Assembly: GCF_018350175.1 (NCBI RefSeq)
Contig: NC_058368.1
Location: forward strand, 173,974,001-174,038,000
Direction of reading: 5' to 3'
From: Felis catus
Taxonomy: Eukaryota
Length of the DNA: 64,000 nt
A model generated the notes under the pieces. The model was not told the origin of the DNA. It did not search any database and saw only the letters and a list, made by a program, of their open reading frames with translations. Positions 1 through 11,942 of the stretch are shown here, one piece after another. A program made the translations under genes and the position numbers. Position 1 is the first letter of the stretch; every line of letters begins with the position of its first letter.

Positions 1-499
1 GAAAAAAAGAACTAGCCTGTAGAATTCATTGCTAAATTGAAACTAAATTTATTTAAGACATTTTTTGAGTCAATTTTAAGAAAAGTCTTGAGTAAAGAAA
101 TATAGCTGTTAACATAGGACAAAAATTGTGAAAGTGGCATTCGAATGACTGGAGTTTGGGAAATGTTGGTGTAAGAATTAGAGGCTTTGGAGTTAAATCT
201 GGCTTAGATTTTGGCTCTGTTACGTCATAGCTTTGACATTTTGGCTCATCTCTCTTATCTTCCATTTCTTCATATATAAATTGGGAATCATGAAGTGTCC
301 ATTAGAGAATTATTGTGAGGACCCAAAGGGGGGAAATTTGTAGATGAATGTGCTGGTCTCAAAATTGTTGAGTAAGTGGTCATTCCCTTCTATTGACTAG
401 GACCTTAGTGAATAGCTCTGGTCTTTGTATGATAAAAAAAATAAACTTCTGGAGGATTATGGGCAAACAATATCTTGCTGATTATATCTGGGTTTCCAG

Positions 500-704
500 G
501 GGAGAACATTAATATCTGCTGGAGTCCCGATGGACAGACCATTGCTGTGGGCAACAAGGATGACGTGGTGACCTTTATTGATGCCAAGACACACCGTTCC
601 AAAGCGGAGGAGCAGTTCAAGTTTGAAGTCAATGAAATCTCTTGGAATAATGACAATAACATGTTCTTCCTGACAAATGGCAATGGTTGTATCAACATCC
701 TCAG
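500..704 (+). CDS. THOC3: THO complex subunit 3 coding exon (probably exon 3; upstream exons lie outside the window)
   Basis: Translates GENINICWSPDGQTIAVGNKDDVVTFIDAKTHRSKAEEQFKFEVNEISWNNDNNMFFLTNGNGCINIL, matching mammalian THOC3 WD40 repeats; bounded by tttccag| acceptor and AG|gtgaga donor. Confidence 0.96.
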
Positions 705-1100
705 GTGAGAGGGTTCTAGCTTAGGAACTGTCTGATCTTTGTGCTGGGTGCTGTGGTGGATACAGAGATGAATTAGATGTTGAGTCTGTCCTGAAGGAGG
801 TCAAAAGACAAGTGGTAATAAAGAATCCTAACCTCTGTTGAGCACCTTTGAGCCAGGCACCTTATATTTTACTTAAGTCATCACAGAAATTCTAGGGGGT
901 TGATAGTATGCATCTTATTTGACAGATGAGGACCTGGGATTCACAGAGGTTAAATCACTATCAACTAGTGAGCACTAGAAGTAGATGCACCTTGAATTGT
1001 GGATAATTTGTACCCATAAAGTCTTAGCTTAAATATCACTTACCCTCCAGGGAAGCCATCTTCATCATCTTCCTACTTCCCCAGGTTAGAAGCTTATTTT

Positions 1101-1338
1101 TTTTTTATTAAAAAAACAAATATTTTTTTTATGTTTATTTTTGAGAGAGAGAGACAGACAGACAGACAGAACGTGAGTGGGGGAGGGGCAGAGAGACAGG
1201 GAGATACAGAATCTGAAGCAGGCTCCAGGCTCTGAGCTGTCAGCACAGAGCCTGACATGGGGCTCGAACTCGTGAACCGCGAGATCATGACCTGAGCTAA
1301 AGTCAGATGCTTAACGGACTGAGCCACCTAAGGGCCCC
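1101..1338 (-). mobile_element. Carnivore tRNA-derived SINE (SINEC_Fc-like)
   Basis: Typical body, (CT)n region and A-tail; TSD agaagcttatttt at 1088-1100 and 1339-1351. Confidence 0.92.
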
Positions 1339-2479
1339 AGAAGCTTATTTTATGTACTTCCTGTTGGAAGCATTTCTCATTCTGTGTTACAATTTCATGT
1401 TTATTTGTATCTTCCATTAGACTATAAATTCCATGAGGGTAAGGACCATGTGTAACTTGTTTACTCTTAAATCCCTAGTGCCTAACTTAATACCTGCTAC
1501 ACAGAGTTAGGATCTCATTAAATATTTATTCTGTAAATGAATGAAATGGTGGAATTGAAATTCAGGCTTGTCGATTCTATTCTTTCTGTTATTCTGGGTG
1601 GGTAATGCAAGGCAGTATGAAATAGGTTATGTTAGAGAGTCTAGGAATTTGCTATGGAACCCCAAGGAAAGAAATTTATATGGACTGTGGGAGTTGGAGC
1701 TTGAAGGAGGCACCTTTTGAGCTTGATCCTTAAAGTTGAGGAGAATTTTAAGAATCAGCAAAAGGGAACCATACAGTGGACGAAACTGGTGTGAACAAGC
1801 ATGGTCTATTTGGGGAATAGTTGGTAGGTCAGAGTTGCTGGGAGTGGTGGCAGATAAGGTGTCTGAAGAGAGGGCCTGAAAATGGGAAGATAAAGTTGAG
1901 ATATAATCTGGGATCAGATTATAAAAGGCTGGATTCTATGCTTAGCAGCTTGAATTTTATTCTGTAGTTAGTAAGGATTCTATATCTTTTTTCTTTTAAA
2001 GCCTTTTCATCAGAAAATAAAACACAGATACAGAAAATCACTTAAAACAATGTATAGCTTAATGAACCATTATATGCCCAGCATCTTTGTAACCCCACCC
2101 AAGTCAAGAAATGTAACTTGTTGGCCATCCCAGAAGTCCAAACATGTGCTTTTCCTGCTCATATCTCCCGCTTCTCAAAAGGAAACACTATCTTGATTTT
2201 TATAGTATTTCTTTATAGTTTTAGCGACCATGTATGCATTTCTAGATACTCTAGTTTTGTGTATTTAAAAAAATTGGATGTCTTTTAAGTATGTTACACT
2301 ACCAAGTCACTTTGCATCCTTCTTTTACTTCTAATTTAGTCGTTGAAAACCTGCAGATATTCTCCTAGTCTGAATTTAGCTGATTTCACATGCTTATTTA
2401 TTTGTTGGATTATAAGGTATTTCCTCTCATCTGCTATTTGGTTAATTATTACTATCATTTATTATTATTATTATTATTA

Positions 2480-5400
2480 TTTTAAAAATTAATTTTATTT
2501 TTTTAATTTACATCCAAATTAGTTAGCATATAGTGCAACAATAATTTCAGGAGTAGATTTCCTTAATGCCCCTTACCCATTTAGCCTATCCTCCCTCCCA
2601 CAACCCCTCCAGTAACCCTCTTTTATTTGGTCCCCCTCCTGGTTTTTATATTATTTTTGCTTCCCTTCCCTTGTGTTCATCTGTTCTGTGTCTTAAAGTC
2701 CTCATATGAGTGAAGTCATATGATATTTGTCTTTCTCTGACTGACTAGTTTTGCTTAGCATAATACCTTCTAGTTCCATCCGCATAGTTGCAAATGGCAA
2801 GATTTTATTCTTTTTGAGGGGCAAGGAGGTTCATTCAACCATCCATTAAACATCTACCCTGTGGCAGACCTGGGCTGAGTGCCAAGAGTACAGATGTGAA
2901 CATCAGCTAGTTTCTGTGCCCAGGAACCCACAGTCTGGTGTGGAGATGGTGACAATTCAGTGTGACAGTGGTTTTGTAGAAGAGTAACTCAGATTGCGTC
3001 TCACCCCTGCTGAAAACACTACAGAGGCTTCCCTTTGAATTTTCCCCAGATCCAATCTTTTCAGGCTTGTGTTCCTTTCTGTGTCTAGGTCTTAAATTAC
3101 CTCTTCTTTCTTTTTTTTTTTTTTTTTTTTTACCCAGCAATGGCTGTGTAAATTATTTAATTTAATTTAATTTAATTATTTTAATTTAATTTTTTAAATT
3201 TACAAACAAGTTAGTTAGCATATAGTGCAACAGTGATTTCAGGGGTAGATTCCTTAATGCCCCTTACCCATTTAGCCCATCCCCCCTCCCATAACCCCTC
3301 TAGTATCCCTCTGTTTGTTCTCCATATTTATGAGTCTCTTATGTTTTGTTCCCCTCCCTGTTTTTATATTATTTTTGCTTCCCTTATGTTCATCTGTTCT
3401 GTGTCTTAAAGTCCTCATATGAGTGAAGTCATAGGATATTTGTCTTTCTCTAATTTCGCTTAGCATAATACCCTCTAGTTCCATCCATATAGTTGCAAAT
3501 GGCAAGATTTCATTCTTTTGATTGCCGAGTAATACTCCATTGTATATATATACCACATCTTCTTTATCCATTCATCCATCGATGGACATTTGGGCTCTTT
3601 CCATACTTTGGCTATTGTTGATAGTGCTTCTATAAACATTGGGGTGCACGTGTCCCTTCAACACAGCATACCTGTATCCCTTGGATAAATACCTAGTAGT
3701 GCAATTGTTGGGTTGTAGGGTAGTTCTATTTTTAATGTTTTGAGGAACCTCCATATTGTTTTCCAGAGTGGCTGCACCAGCTTGCATTCCCACCAGCAGT
3801 GCCAAAGAGATCCTCTCTCTCCGCATCCTCGCCTACATCTGTTGTTGCCTGAGTTGTTAATGTTAGCCATTCTGACAGGTGTGAGGTGGTATCTCATGTG
3901 GATTTGATTTGTATTTCCCTGATGATGAGTGATGTTGAGCATCTTTTCATGTGTTGGTTGGCCATCTGGATGTCTTCTTTAGAGAAGTGTCTATTCATAT
4001 TTTTTGCCCATTTCTTCACTGGATTGTTTTTTGGGTGTTGAGGTTGATAAGTTCTTTATTGATTTTGGATACTGGCAAATAACTTCTCCCATTCTGTCGG
4101 TTGCCTTTTAGCTTTGCTGATTGTTTCCTTTGCTGTGCGGAAGCTATTTTGATGAGGTCCCAATAGTTCATTTTTGCTTTTGTTTCCCTTGCCTCCGGAG
4201 ACGTGTTGAGTAAGAAGTTGCCCTGGCCAAGATCAAGGAGGTTTTTGCCTGCTTTCTTCTTGAGGAGTTTGATGGCTTCCTGTCTTACATTTAGGTGTTT
4301 CATCCATTTTCAGTTTATGTTTGTGTATGGTGTAAGAAAGTGGTCCAGGTTCATTCTTCTGCATGTCGCTGTCCGGTTTTCCCAGCACCACTTGCTGAAG
4401 AGACTGTCCTTATTCCATTGGATATTCTTTCCTGCTTTGTCAAAGATTTGTTGGCCATACGTTTGTGGGTCCATTTCTGCGTTCTCTGTTCTGTTCCACT
4501 GATCAGAGTGTCTGTTCTTGTGCCAGTACCATACTGTCTTGATGATTACAGCTTTGTAGTATAGCTTGAAGTCCGGGATTGTGATGCCTCCTTCTTTGGT
4601 TTTCTTTTTCAAGAAGAAAAGCTTTGGTGATTTGGGGTTTTTACTGGTTCCATACAAATTTTAGGATTATTTGTTCTGGCTCTGTGAAGAATGCTGGTGT
4701 TATTTTGATAGGGATTGCATTGAATATGTAGATTGCTTTGGGTAGTATCAACATGTTAACAATATTTGTTCTTCCTATCCAGGAGCATAGAATCTTTTTC
4801 CTTTTTTGTGTGTGTCACCCTCAATTTTTTTTCATAAGCTTTCTCTAGTTTTCCGTGTCTAGATTTTTCACCTCTTTGGTTAGATTTATTCCTAGGTATT
4901 TTATGGTTTTGGTGCACTTGTAAATGGGATTGATTCCTTGGTTTCTCTTTCTGCTGCTTCACTGTTGGTGTATAGGAATGCAACTGATTTCTGTGTGTCG
5001 ATTTTATATCCTGCAACTTTGCTGAATTCATGAATCCGTTCTAGCAGTTTTTTGGTGGAATCTTTAGGGTTCTCCATATAGAGTATCATGTTAATCTGGG
5101 AAGAGTGAAAGTTTGACCTCCTCCTGGCCGATTGGATGCCTTTTATTTCTTTGTGTTGTCTGATTGCAGAGGCTAAGACTTCCAATACTATGTTGAATAA
5201 CAGTGGCGAGAGTGAACACCCCTGTCTTGTTCCTGACCTTAGGGCGAAAGCTCTCAGTTCTCCCCATTGAGGATGATATTAGTGCTGGGTCTTTCATATT
5301 TGGCTTTTATGATCTTGAGGTATGCTTCTTCTATCCCTACTTTCTTGAGGGTTTTTATCAAGAAAGGATGCTGGATTTTGTCAAATGTTTTCTCTGCATC

Positions 5401-5650
5401 TATTGAGAGGATCATATGGTTCTTGTCCTTTCTTTTATTGATGTGATGAATCACGTTAATTGTTTTGCGGATATTGAACCAGCCCTGCATCCCAGGTATA
5501 AATCCCACTTGGTCATGGTGAATAATTTTTTTAATGTATTCTTGGATCCGGTTGGCTAATATCTTGTTGAGGATTTTTACATCCATGTTCATCAGGGAAA
5601 TCAGTCTATAGTTCTCCTTTTTTAGTGGGGTCTCTGTCTAGTTTTGGAAT
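2480..5650 (-). mobile_element. Composite 5'-truncated feline L1 (L1-A): own 3' UTR at 2480-2817, copied tract at 2815-~5590, short own ORF2 remnant to 5650
   Basis: Frameshifted ORF2 RT and C-terminal fragments ([17 protein letters not shown]..., [39 protein letters not shown]); two L1 3' UTRs separated by non-L1 sequence. Confidence 0.93.
2815..5590. repeat. Direct repeat of 20780-~23562 (~2.8 kb, roughly 98% identical by eye)
   Basis: Unique flank gcaaggaggttcattcaaccatcc...ggtcttaaattacctctt, (AATTT)n tail and L1 3' half are all shared with the 20.8-23.6 kb locus. Confidence 0.95.
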
Positions 5651-5860
5651 TTAATTTTTTTTTTTTAATGTTCATTTATTTTTGAAAGAGAGAGTGCGAG
5701 TGGGGGAGGGGTAGAAGGAGAGGGAGACACAGAATCTAAAGCAGGCTCCAGGCTCCAAGCTGTCTGCACAGAGCCCCGCTCAGGACTTGAACTCACAAAA
5801 CGTGAAAACATGACTTGAGCCAATGTTGGATGCTTAACTGACTGAGTCACCCAGGCGCCC
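5651..5860 (-). mobile_element. SINEC_Fc-like SINE abutting the 5' end of L1-A
   Basis: Ends ...cacccaggcgccc; followed by ctactatttggttactt, which matches ctgctatttggttaatt at 2431-2447. Confidence 0.9.
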
Positions 5861-5895
5861 CTACTATTTGGTTACTTAAGAATATTGTTTACTTT

Positions 5896-6120
5896 GGGGC
5901 ACCTGGGTGGCTCATTTGGTTAACTGTCCCACTCTTGGTTTGGGCTCAGGTCATGATCTCATGGTTGTGAGATGGAGCCCCACGTCAGGCTCTGTGCTGG
6001 GTGGGGAGCCTGCTTGGGATTCTGTCTCCCTCTCTCTTTGCCCCTCTTCCGCTTGTGCTTGCTTGTGCATGCACATTCTGTCTCTCTTTCAAAATAATAA
6101 ATAAAAATAAACTTAAAAAA
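5896..6120 (+). mobile_element. Carnivore SINE
   Basis: ggggcacctgggtggctc... with A-tail; TSD aagaatat(t/a)gtttactt at 5878-5894 and 6121-6137. Confidence 0.9.
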
Positions 6121-6589
6121 AAGAATATAGTTTACTTAGGAAAGACAGGATAAATGCTTCTTGTCATCAGATAATGAATTAGTTCTCTATCACTTACAAA
6201 GATAATCAGCTAGTTTTAAGACTCATTATAAACTCATGTATTTAAGCATGGTAGATGTGTTTCAATCTATTGGAATAATTATCCTTATGGAAGCTCAAAT
6301 TATCCCATCTTTAGCCAACGGGAGCCTCTTCAAGTTGATTCCTGAGTCATTTTTTTGACAGTGTTAGTAGTCTTCAGTTTCTTGCTCTCTGGTATGATGA
6401 GTATTCCAAGTTCATCTTGTATGCTTCCTGCCTCAGACCTTTAATCAGAAAATTCTCTAAGAATCAATCCCTGGATTCTTTTTCTGAGAAATAATATTGG
6501 AGTTACCGATGTCCATATTGATACGTTGATTATTATTTCTAGACCTTTCCAGTGGATAGAGCAAGGAAGCATATGTGTATGTATGTATT

Positions 6590-6808
6590 TGTTTTTTTGT
6601 TAAATTTTTTTAATGTTTATTTTTGAGAGAGAGAGAGAGACAAAGTGAGAGCTGGGGAGGGGCAGAGAGAGAGGAGACACAGAATCTGAAGCAGGCTCGA
6701 GGCTCCGGGCTGTCAGCACGGAGTCCCAACACGGGGCCCGAACTCACGAACTGTGAGATCATGACCTGAGCTGAAGTCAGAAGCCCCAGACTGAGCCACC
6801 CAGGTGCC
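6590..6808 (-). mobile_element. SINEC_Fc-like SINE
   Basis: Typical body and tail. Confidence 0.88.
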
Positions 6809-7301
6809 TCTGTGTGTATTTTTAAAGATAAAATATCTTGTGAATTCATACTGATAAGTTCCAGTTAAAATTCAGGACTAGAGGAATTTTACTAAATATC
6901 TTCTATATTATAAGTAACTCTTTCCTTCAAACTGAGTATTCAGGTTCTCAAGGACACGGGATTACAGAATTAGAATATCCCACAGTTACTTATTACCTTT
7001 ATCCATGTTATATGTGGAGATATCTCAGAATAACAGTATTACCACTACCACCACAATACATACACAAGAAGCTATATATGTAATGCTCATTAACAGTCCT
7101 ATGCTGATGAATCTCTGGTCATTTGATTGTTAAAGCTCATTCTTTAGCTTCCTCAGGAACAGGGTTCATGGGAACAGTTTTCCCTGAGTTCATACTTATT
7201 ATAATTTATAGACTTAATAAAACTTACAACTACTTTATTATATTATGCTTAGTATTTGAGCTTTTTATAATTGATAGTCACTTGCTAGACATAAAAATCC
7301 T

Positions 7302-7555
7302 CGCGGCCTGGAGCCTGCTTCAGATTCTGTGTCTCCCTCTCTCTGCCCTTCTGCCACTCATGCTCTGTCTCTCTCTCTCTCTCTGTCAAAAATAAATAAA
7401 CATTAAAAAATAATTAAAAAATCCTTGGGGCACTTGGGTGGCTCAGTCAGTTAAGTGTCTGACTCTTCATCTCAGCTCAGGTGTTGATCTCAGGGTCGTA
7501 AGTTCAAGCTCCACATTGGGCCCCATGCTAGGCGTGAAGCCTACTAAAAAAAAAT
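7302..7555 (+). mobile_element. 5'-truncated SINE (7302-7420) followed by a short tRNA-like SINE (7426-7555)
   Basis: SINE 3' half, then ggggcacttgggtggctcag...; repeated aaaaatcct flanks. Confidence 0.8.
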
Positions 7556-7809
7556 CCTTGATTCATATTTTCTTCCCTGTATAGCTTAAATACGTTAGTC
7601 CATTTTCTTTTGGCAGAAAGTCTTATTGTCAGAAAGGTCTGATGATAACCTAGTTTTATTTTTTTAAAGTTTAGAAAAGTCTGTTTGAATTATAGTCTGA
7701 TATTTGTTATGTTGTCTTACTTTGGTTTTCTTCTTCAGCGTCTCCTGTTGTTGTCTCAGTACCATAGTCCTCTTCCCATAGTTTGATTGCCATCTGTCTT
7801 GTTTCTCAG

Positions 7810-7971
7810 CTACCCAGAGCTGAAGCCTGTGCAGTCCATCAATGCCCATCCTTCCAACTGCATCTGCATCAAATTTGACCCCATGGGGAAGTACTTTGCC
7901 ACAGGAAGTGCAGATGCTTTGGTCAGCCTTTGGGATGTGGATGAGTTAGTGTGTGTTCGGTGCTTTTCCAG
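7810..7971 (+). CDS. THOC3: THOC3 coding exon (probably exon 4)
   Basis: SYPELKPVQSINAHPSNCICIKFDPMGKYFATGSADALVSLWDVDELVCVRCFSR; tttctcag| acceptor, AG|gtaagc donor; phase fits previous exon (AG+C=Ser). Confidence 0.96.
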
Positions 7972-8090
7972 GTAAGCAGCCCTGCCAGTACTTTCCTTGC
8001 TGGATAAGTTAATTTTACTTCATTTTGGGTGAAATTGTGCCCTCCTCTTATTGGGTTATTCTAATGTCTCCTCTGTCTACTCTGTTATAG

Positions 8091-8191
8091 GCTGGATTGG
8101 CCTGTGAGGACCCTCAGTTTTAGCCATGATGGAAAAATGCTGGCATCAGCTTCAGAAGATCATTTTATTGACATTGCTGAAGTAGAGACAG
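8091..8191 (+). CDS. THOC3: THOC3 coding exon (probably exon 5), after a 119-bp intron
   Basis: LDWPVRTLSFSHDGKMLASASEDHFIDIAEVET read by hand (not in the ORF track); tgttatag| acceptor, G|gtaact donor; phases consistent. Confidence 0.95.
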
Positions 8192-8709
8192 GTAACTGAA
8201 ACCCTCACTACCATAATGATCTTCTCTCTGTCATCTGTGGCCATCAGGACTTCTGTCTTGTATTTTCATCTTCACATTACTACTTCACCAGTATTAGCAT
8301 AAATGAATTTGTCTGCTTAAGACAGGTTTGTTTATTATGACTGCTATAGTCGGGTCATGAGGGAGCAGAGTTAAAAGAAAGGTCTGAAAGAAAGTGATTT
8401 GGGAAAATATTTTGCATTTTATTAACTTTTAATTCTTCTATTATAATGAAAATTTTAAAATACAGAAAATAGGAGAAAGAAAAAAGTATGACCTGTGGTC
8501 CCACCATCTAAATACAATCTCTTTAAGTGTTGTGGTGTATATTTTTTTCTATATTTTGCTTGTGTGTAACTTAAAAAATACATATTTTTTAATAATTTTA
8601 GGAATTATCAAATACATGTGATTTGCTTTAAAAACAACCAACAGAATTTGAAAATAGAAAAATGGAAGAAGAGTATCCATTTTACAGAAGAATTTCCTCA
8701 GATTTACTT

Positions 8710-11433
8710 AGTTTTAATTGAAATTTTTTTTCGTTATTGAGGGATAGTTGACATATAATGTTATATTAATTTCATATAAGACAGTGATTTGACAGTTATA
8801 TGCATTATACTGCAGTATAATGTAGTAAATTGACTACAGTCATTGACTGCAGTAAATGTAGTCAACATACAACATTATTACAATGTTGACTGTGTTCCCC
8901 TTGCTGTACTTTACATCTTCATGACTTACTTTTTTTGTTCCTGGAAGTTTGTGCCTCTTAATCACTTCACCTATTTCACCCATTACCCTAACCCATTCCC
9001 CTCTGGCAACCACCAGTTTATTTTCTGTATTTATGAGTCTGTTTTCTATTGTTTGTTTATTTACTTGTTTCTTTTTCTTTTTTCTTTTTTTTTAGATTTC
9101 ATGTATAAGTTAAATCATATGGTATTTGTCTGTCTCTGTCTGACTTATTTCACTTAGCTTAATACCCCATAGGTCCACCCATGTTCTTGCAAATGGCAAG
9201 ATCTCATTCTTTTTTCATGACTGATTAATATTCCACTGTGTATATATACACCACGTCTTCTTCATCCATTCATCTATCCATGGACACTTGGGCTGTTTCC
9301 GTATCTTCACTGTTGTAAATAATGCTGCAATAAATGTAGGGGTGCATGTATCCTTTCCAGTTGGTGTTTTTGTTTTCTTTGGGTAAATATCCAGTAGTGG
9401 AATTAGTGGATCATATGGTATTTCTGTTTTTAATTTCTTGAGGAACCTCCATACTGCAAAGTTTTTGCTGAAAGATCAGCTGATAAGACTTATGGGTTTT
9501 TCCTTGTATGTGACTGTTTGCTTTTCTTTTGCTGCTTTTAAGATTCTCCCTTTATCTTTAATTTTTGCCATTTTAATCATTATGTCTTGGTGTGAACCTT
9601 TTTGGGTTCATCTTGTTTGGAGCTCTCTTTGCTTCCTGGATTTGGATATCTGTTTCCATCCCCAGATTCAGGAAGTTTTCAGGTATTATTTTTCCCCCTT
9701 TCTTCTCTCTTCTCTTTCTGAAATCCTTATAATGGGAATGTTAATTATGCTTGATAATTTTGCAAAGGTCCCTTCACCTATTCTCACTTTTATTATTCTT
9801 TTGTCTTTTTGCTGTTAGTTTTGATTGTTTTCTGTTACCTTGTCTTTAAGATCTCTGGTCTGTTCTTCTGCATCCCCTAATCTGCTCTTGATTTTCTCTA
9901 GTGTATTTTTCATTTCAGTTACCATATTCTTCATCTCTGACTGGTTCTTTTTTACATTTTCTGTCTCTTTGTTGAAATTCTCACTGAGTTCATCCACTCT
10001 TTTCTCAAGTCCAGTTGAGTATCTTTATGACTATTACTCTCAACTCTTCATCACACATATTGCTCTTCTCTGTTTTGTTTAGTCCTTTCTCTGTGTTTTG
10101 TCTTATTTTTTCATTTGGGACATATCCCTTGTCTCCTCATTTTATCTAACTGTCCGTGTTTGTTTCTATGTGTTAGGTAGGTCAGCTACATCCCCTGACC
10201 TTGAAAGTAGTGGCTTTATGTAGAAGAGGTCCTGTGGTGCCCTGTAGTGCTATCCATCCTGGTCACTGGAACCAGGTGCACCAGGGGTGCCCCCGTATGG
10301 GCTGTGTGCACCCTCCTGTTGTGGCTGAGCTGTGATTGCTATGGGCATGCTGATGATGGGTGGGGTTGGCCTTCAGCCCAGCTGGCTGCAGTAACCCGCT
10401 TTGCCTGCTGCATGCACACTGGGCAGGGTTTGCTGCCCATGCTGTTGAGAGGCCTGGCTGCAGCTGCCAGGGGCTCAGTTGTGGGGGGCGTTGGCAGTCA
10501 GCCTAGCTGCCTGTAATTAGCCTCTGTGAACAGCTGCAGGTACATGGAAGGGCAGGGCTAATTCTTTGTGCAGCCAGCTAAGAGGCCTGGCTGTAGGAAC
10601 TGTGGGCAAGCTGCTGTGTAGGGTATCTCCCCTGTCCTCTAGGGGAGGTGTCACTTTGGAGGCGTCCCATCTGGGGCTGCTTGCTGGGTGTGGCAGGGCA
10701 GGAGCTGTTTTGGAGGGGTGCCTTCGGAGGCCAGTGGGTTGGGTAGGGTGGGTGGTAGGAGAATGCTGGGGCGGGGCATGTGTTGCTAGTGAGGAAGATG
10801 GAGAGAGTTAGAACTGGTTTCTGCAAGCGTCCAGCTAGAGCTAGGCTCAGGGAAGCCAAGAAAAATGGCACCTGCCAGCACTTTTTATTCCTGGAGAAAT
10901 CTCCTGCAGATCTCTGCCCTTCTGGCACACATCCTAAAATTAGTCGATAAATATCCTTCATGTATACCCTAGGTGCTTTTCAAGTTGCTGCTTCTGTGCT
11001 GTCTCCGACTGAGAAACTTAGTGTGTTGATTCTTCTGCCCTCTAGTTCTCCTGTAGTTAAGCCCCGCTGATTTCTAAAGCTCCCAAAGTTAAGCCTTGCT
11101 GATCTTCAAAGCCAGACATTATGGGAACTCGTTTTCTCAGTGTAGGTCCTTAGGGCTAGGCTTGCCCTGTTTGGGATCTGATTCCCTCACTCCATGCTTG
11201 TGATGTCCCTCCCGTTTGTCGTTATTTGCACCAGGGGTTTGGTTCCTGACTCACGTCTCCACCTCTTCTACCCTTTCAGTGTGGCCTTCTCTCTATATTC
11301 AGCTGTGGAAGATCTCTTCTGCTGGTCTTCAGGTCATTTTCAGTTAGTTATGATAAACATACTTGTTGTCTCAGTGTGTCTCTGAGAGGAGGTGAGCCCA
11401 GGATTCTCCTACTCTGTCATCTTCTGTCATTAC
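8710..11433 (-). mobile_element. Older carnivore L1 with both termini but a large internal deletion (ORF1 joined to the end of ORF2)
   Basis: 3' UTR/ORF2 end at 8710-9456; ORF1 coiled-coil remnant (MDELSENFNKETENVKKNQSEMKN) and GC-rich 5' UTR to ~11425; TSD cctcagattta(c/t)tt at 8696-8709 and 11434-11447. Confidence 0.85.
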
Positions 11434-11738
11434 CCTCAGATTTATTTTGTAATGTAGCTCTATTGTTTTTGGAAATACATGATACTTTAGTAAAAGAATT
11501 GAAACTGTGTAGAAAACATCAAACAATAAAATAAAAAAGTTGAGATTCCACAATTTAACAATGCTTCTGTTGATGACACTGTGTTGAGTATTGTCCAGCC
11601 ATTCGGACATGCAGCTCCTTTGTCACCCTTGTTAATGTGATGCATGGATACTCTCCTGCTCCAGGATGTGGCTGCCTCACTTGAGGATGTTATAGCTTCT
11701 TACATGGCCGTGGCTGTTGAGCTCTACTGCCACTTTTT

Positions 11739-11942
11739 TTTTTTAATGTTTATTTATTTTTGAGAGAGAGACAGAGTGTGAGCGGGGGAGGGACAGAGAG
11801 AGAGGGAGACACAGAATCCAAAGCAGGCTCCAGGCTCTGAGCTGTCAGTGCAGAGCCCCATGCGGGGCTCGAACTCACGAACTGCGAGATCGTGACCTGA
11901 GCCGAAGTTCGATGCTTAACTGACTGAGCCACCCAGGTGCCC
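11739..11942 (-). mobile_element. SINEC_Fc-like SINE
   Basis: TSD ctctactgccacttttt on both sides. Confidence 0.92.

Noticed and set aside
2815..3150. Ordinary L1 3' transduction as the origin of the intronic duplicate
   Set aside because: The copied flank does not end in poly(A) or a - strand poly(A) signal; it fuses into another L1's 3' UTR via TGA microhomology. An RNA template switch is not fully excluded.
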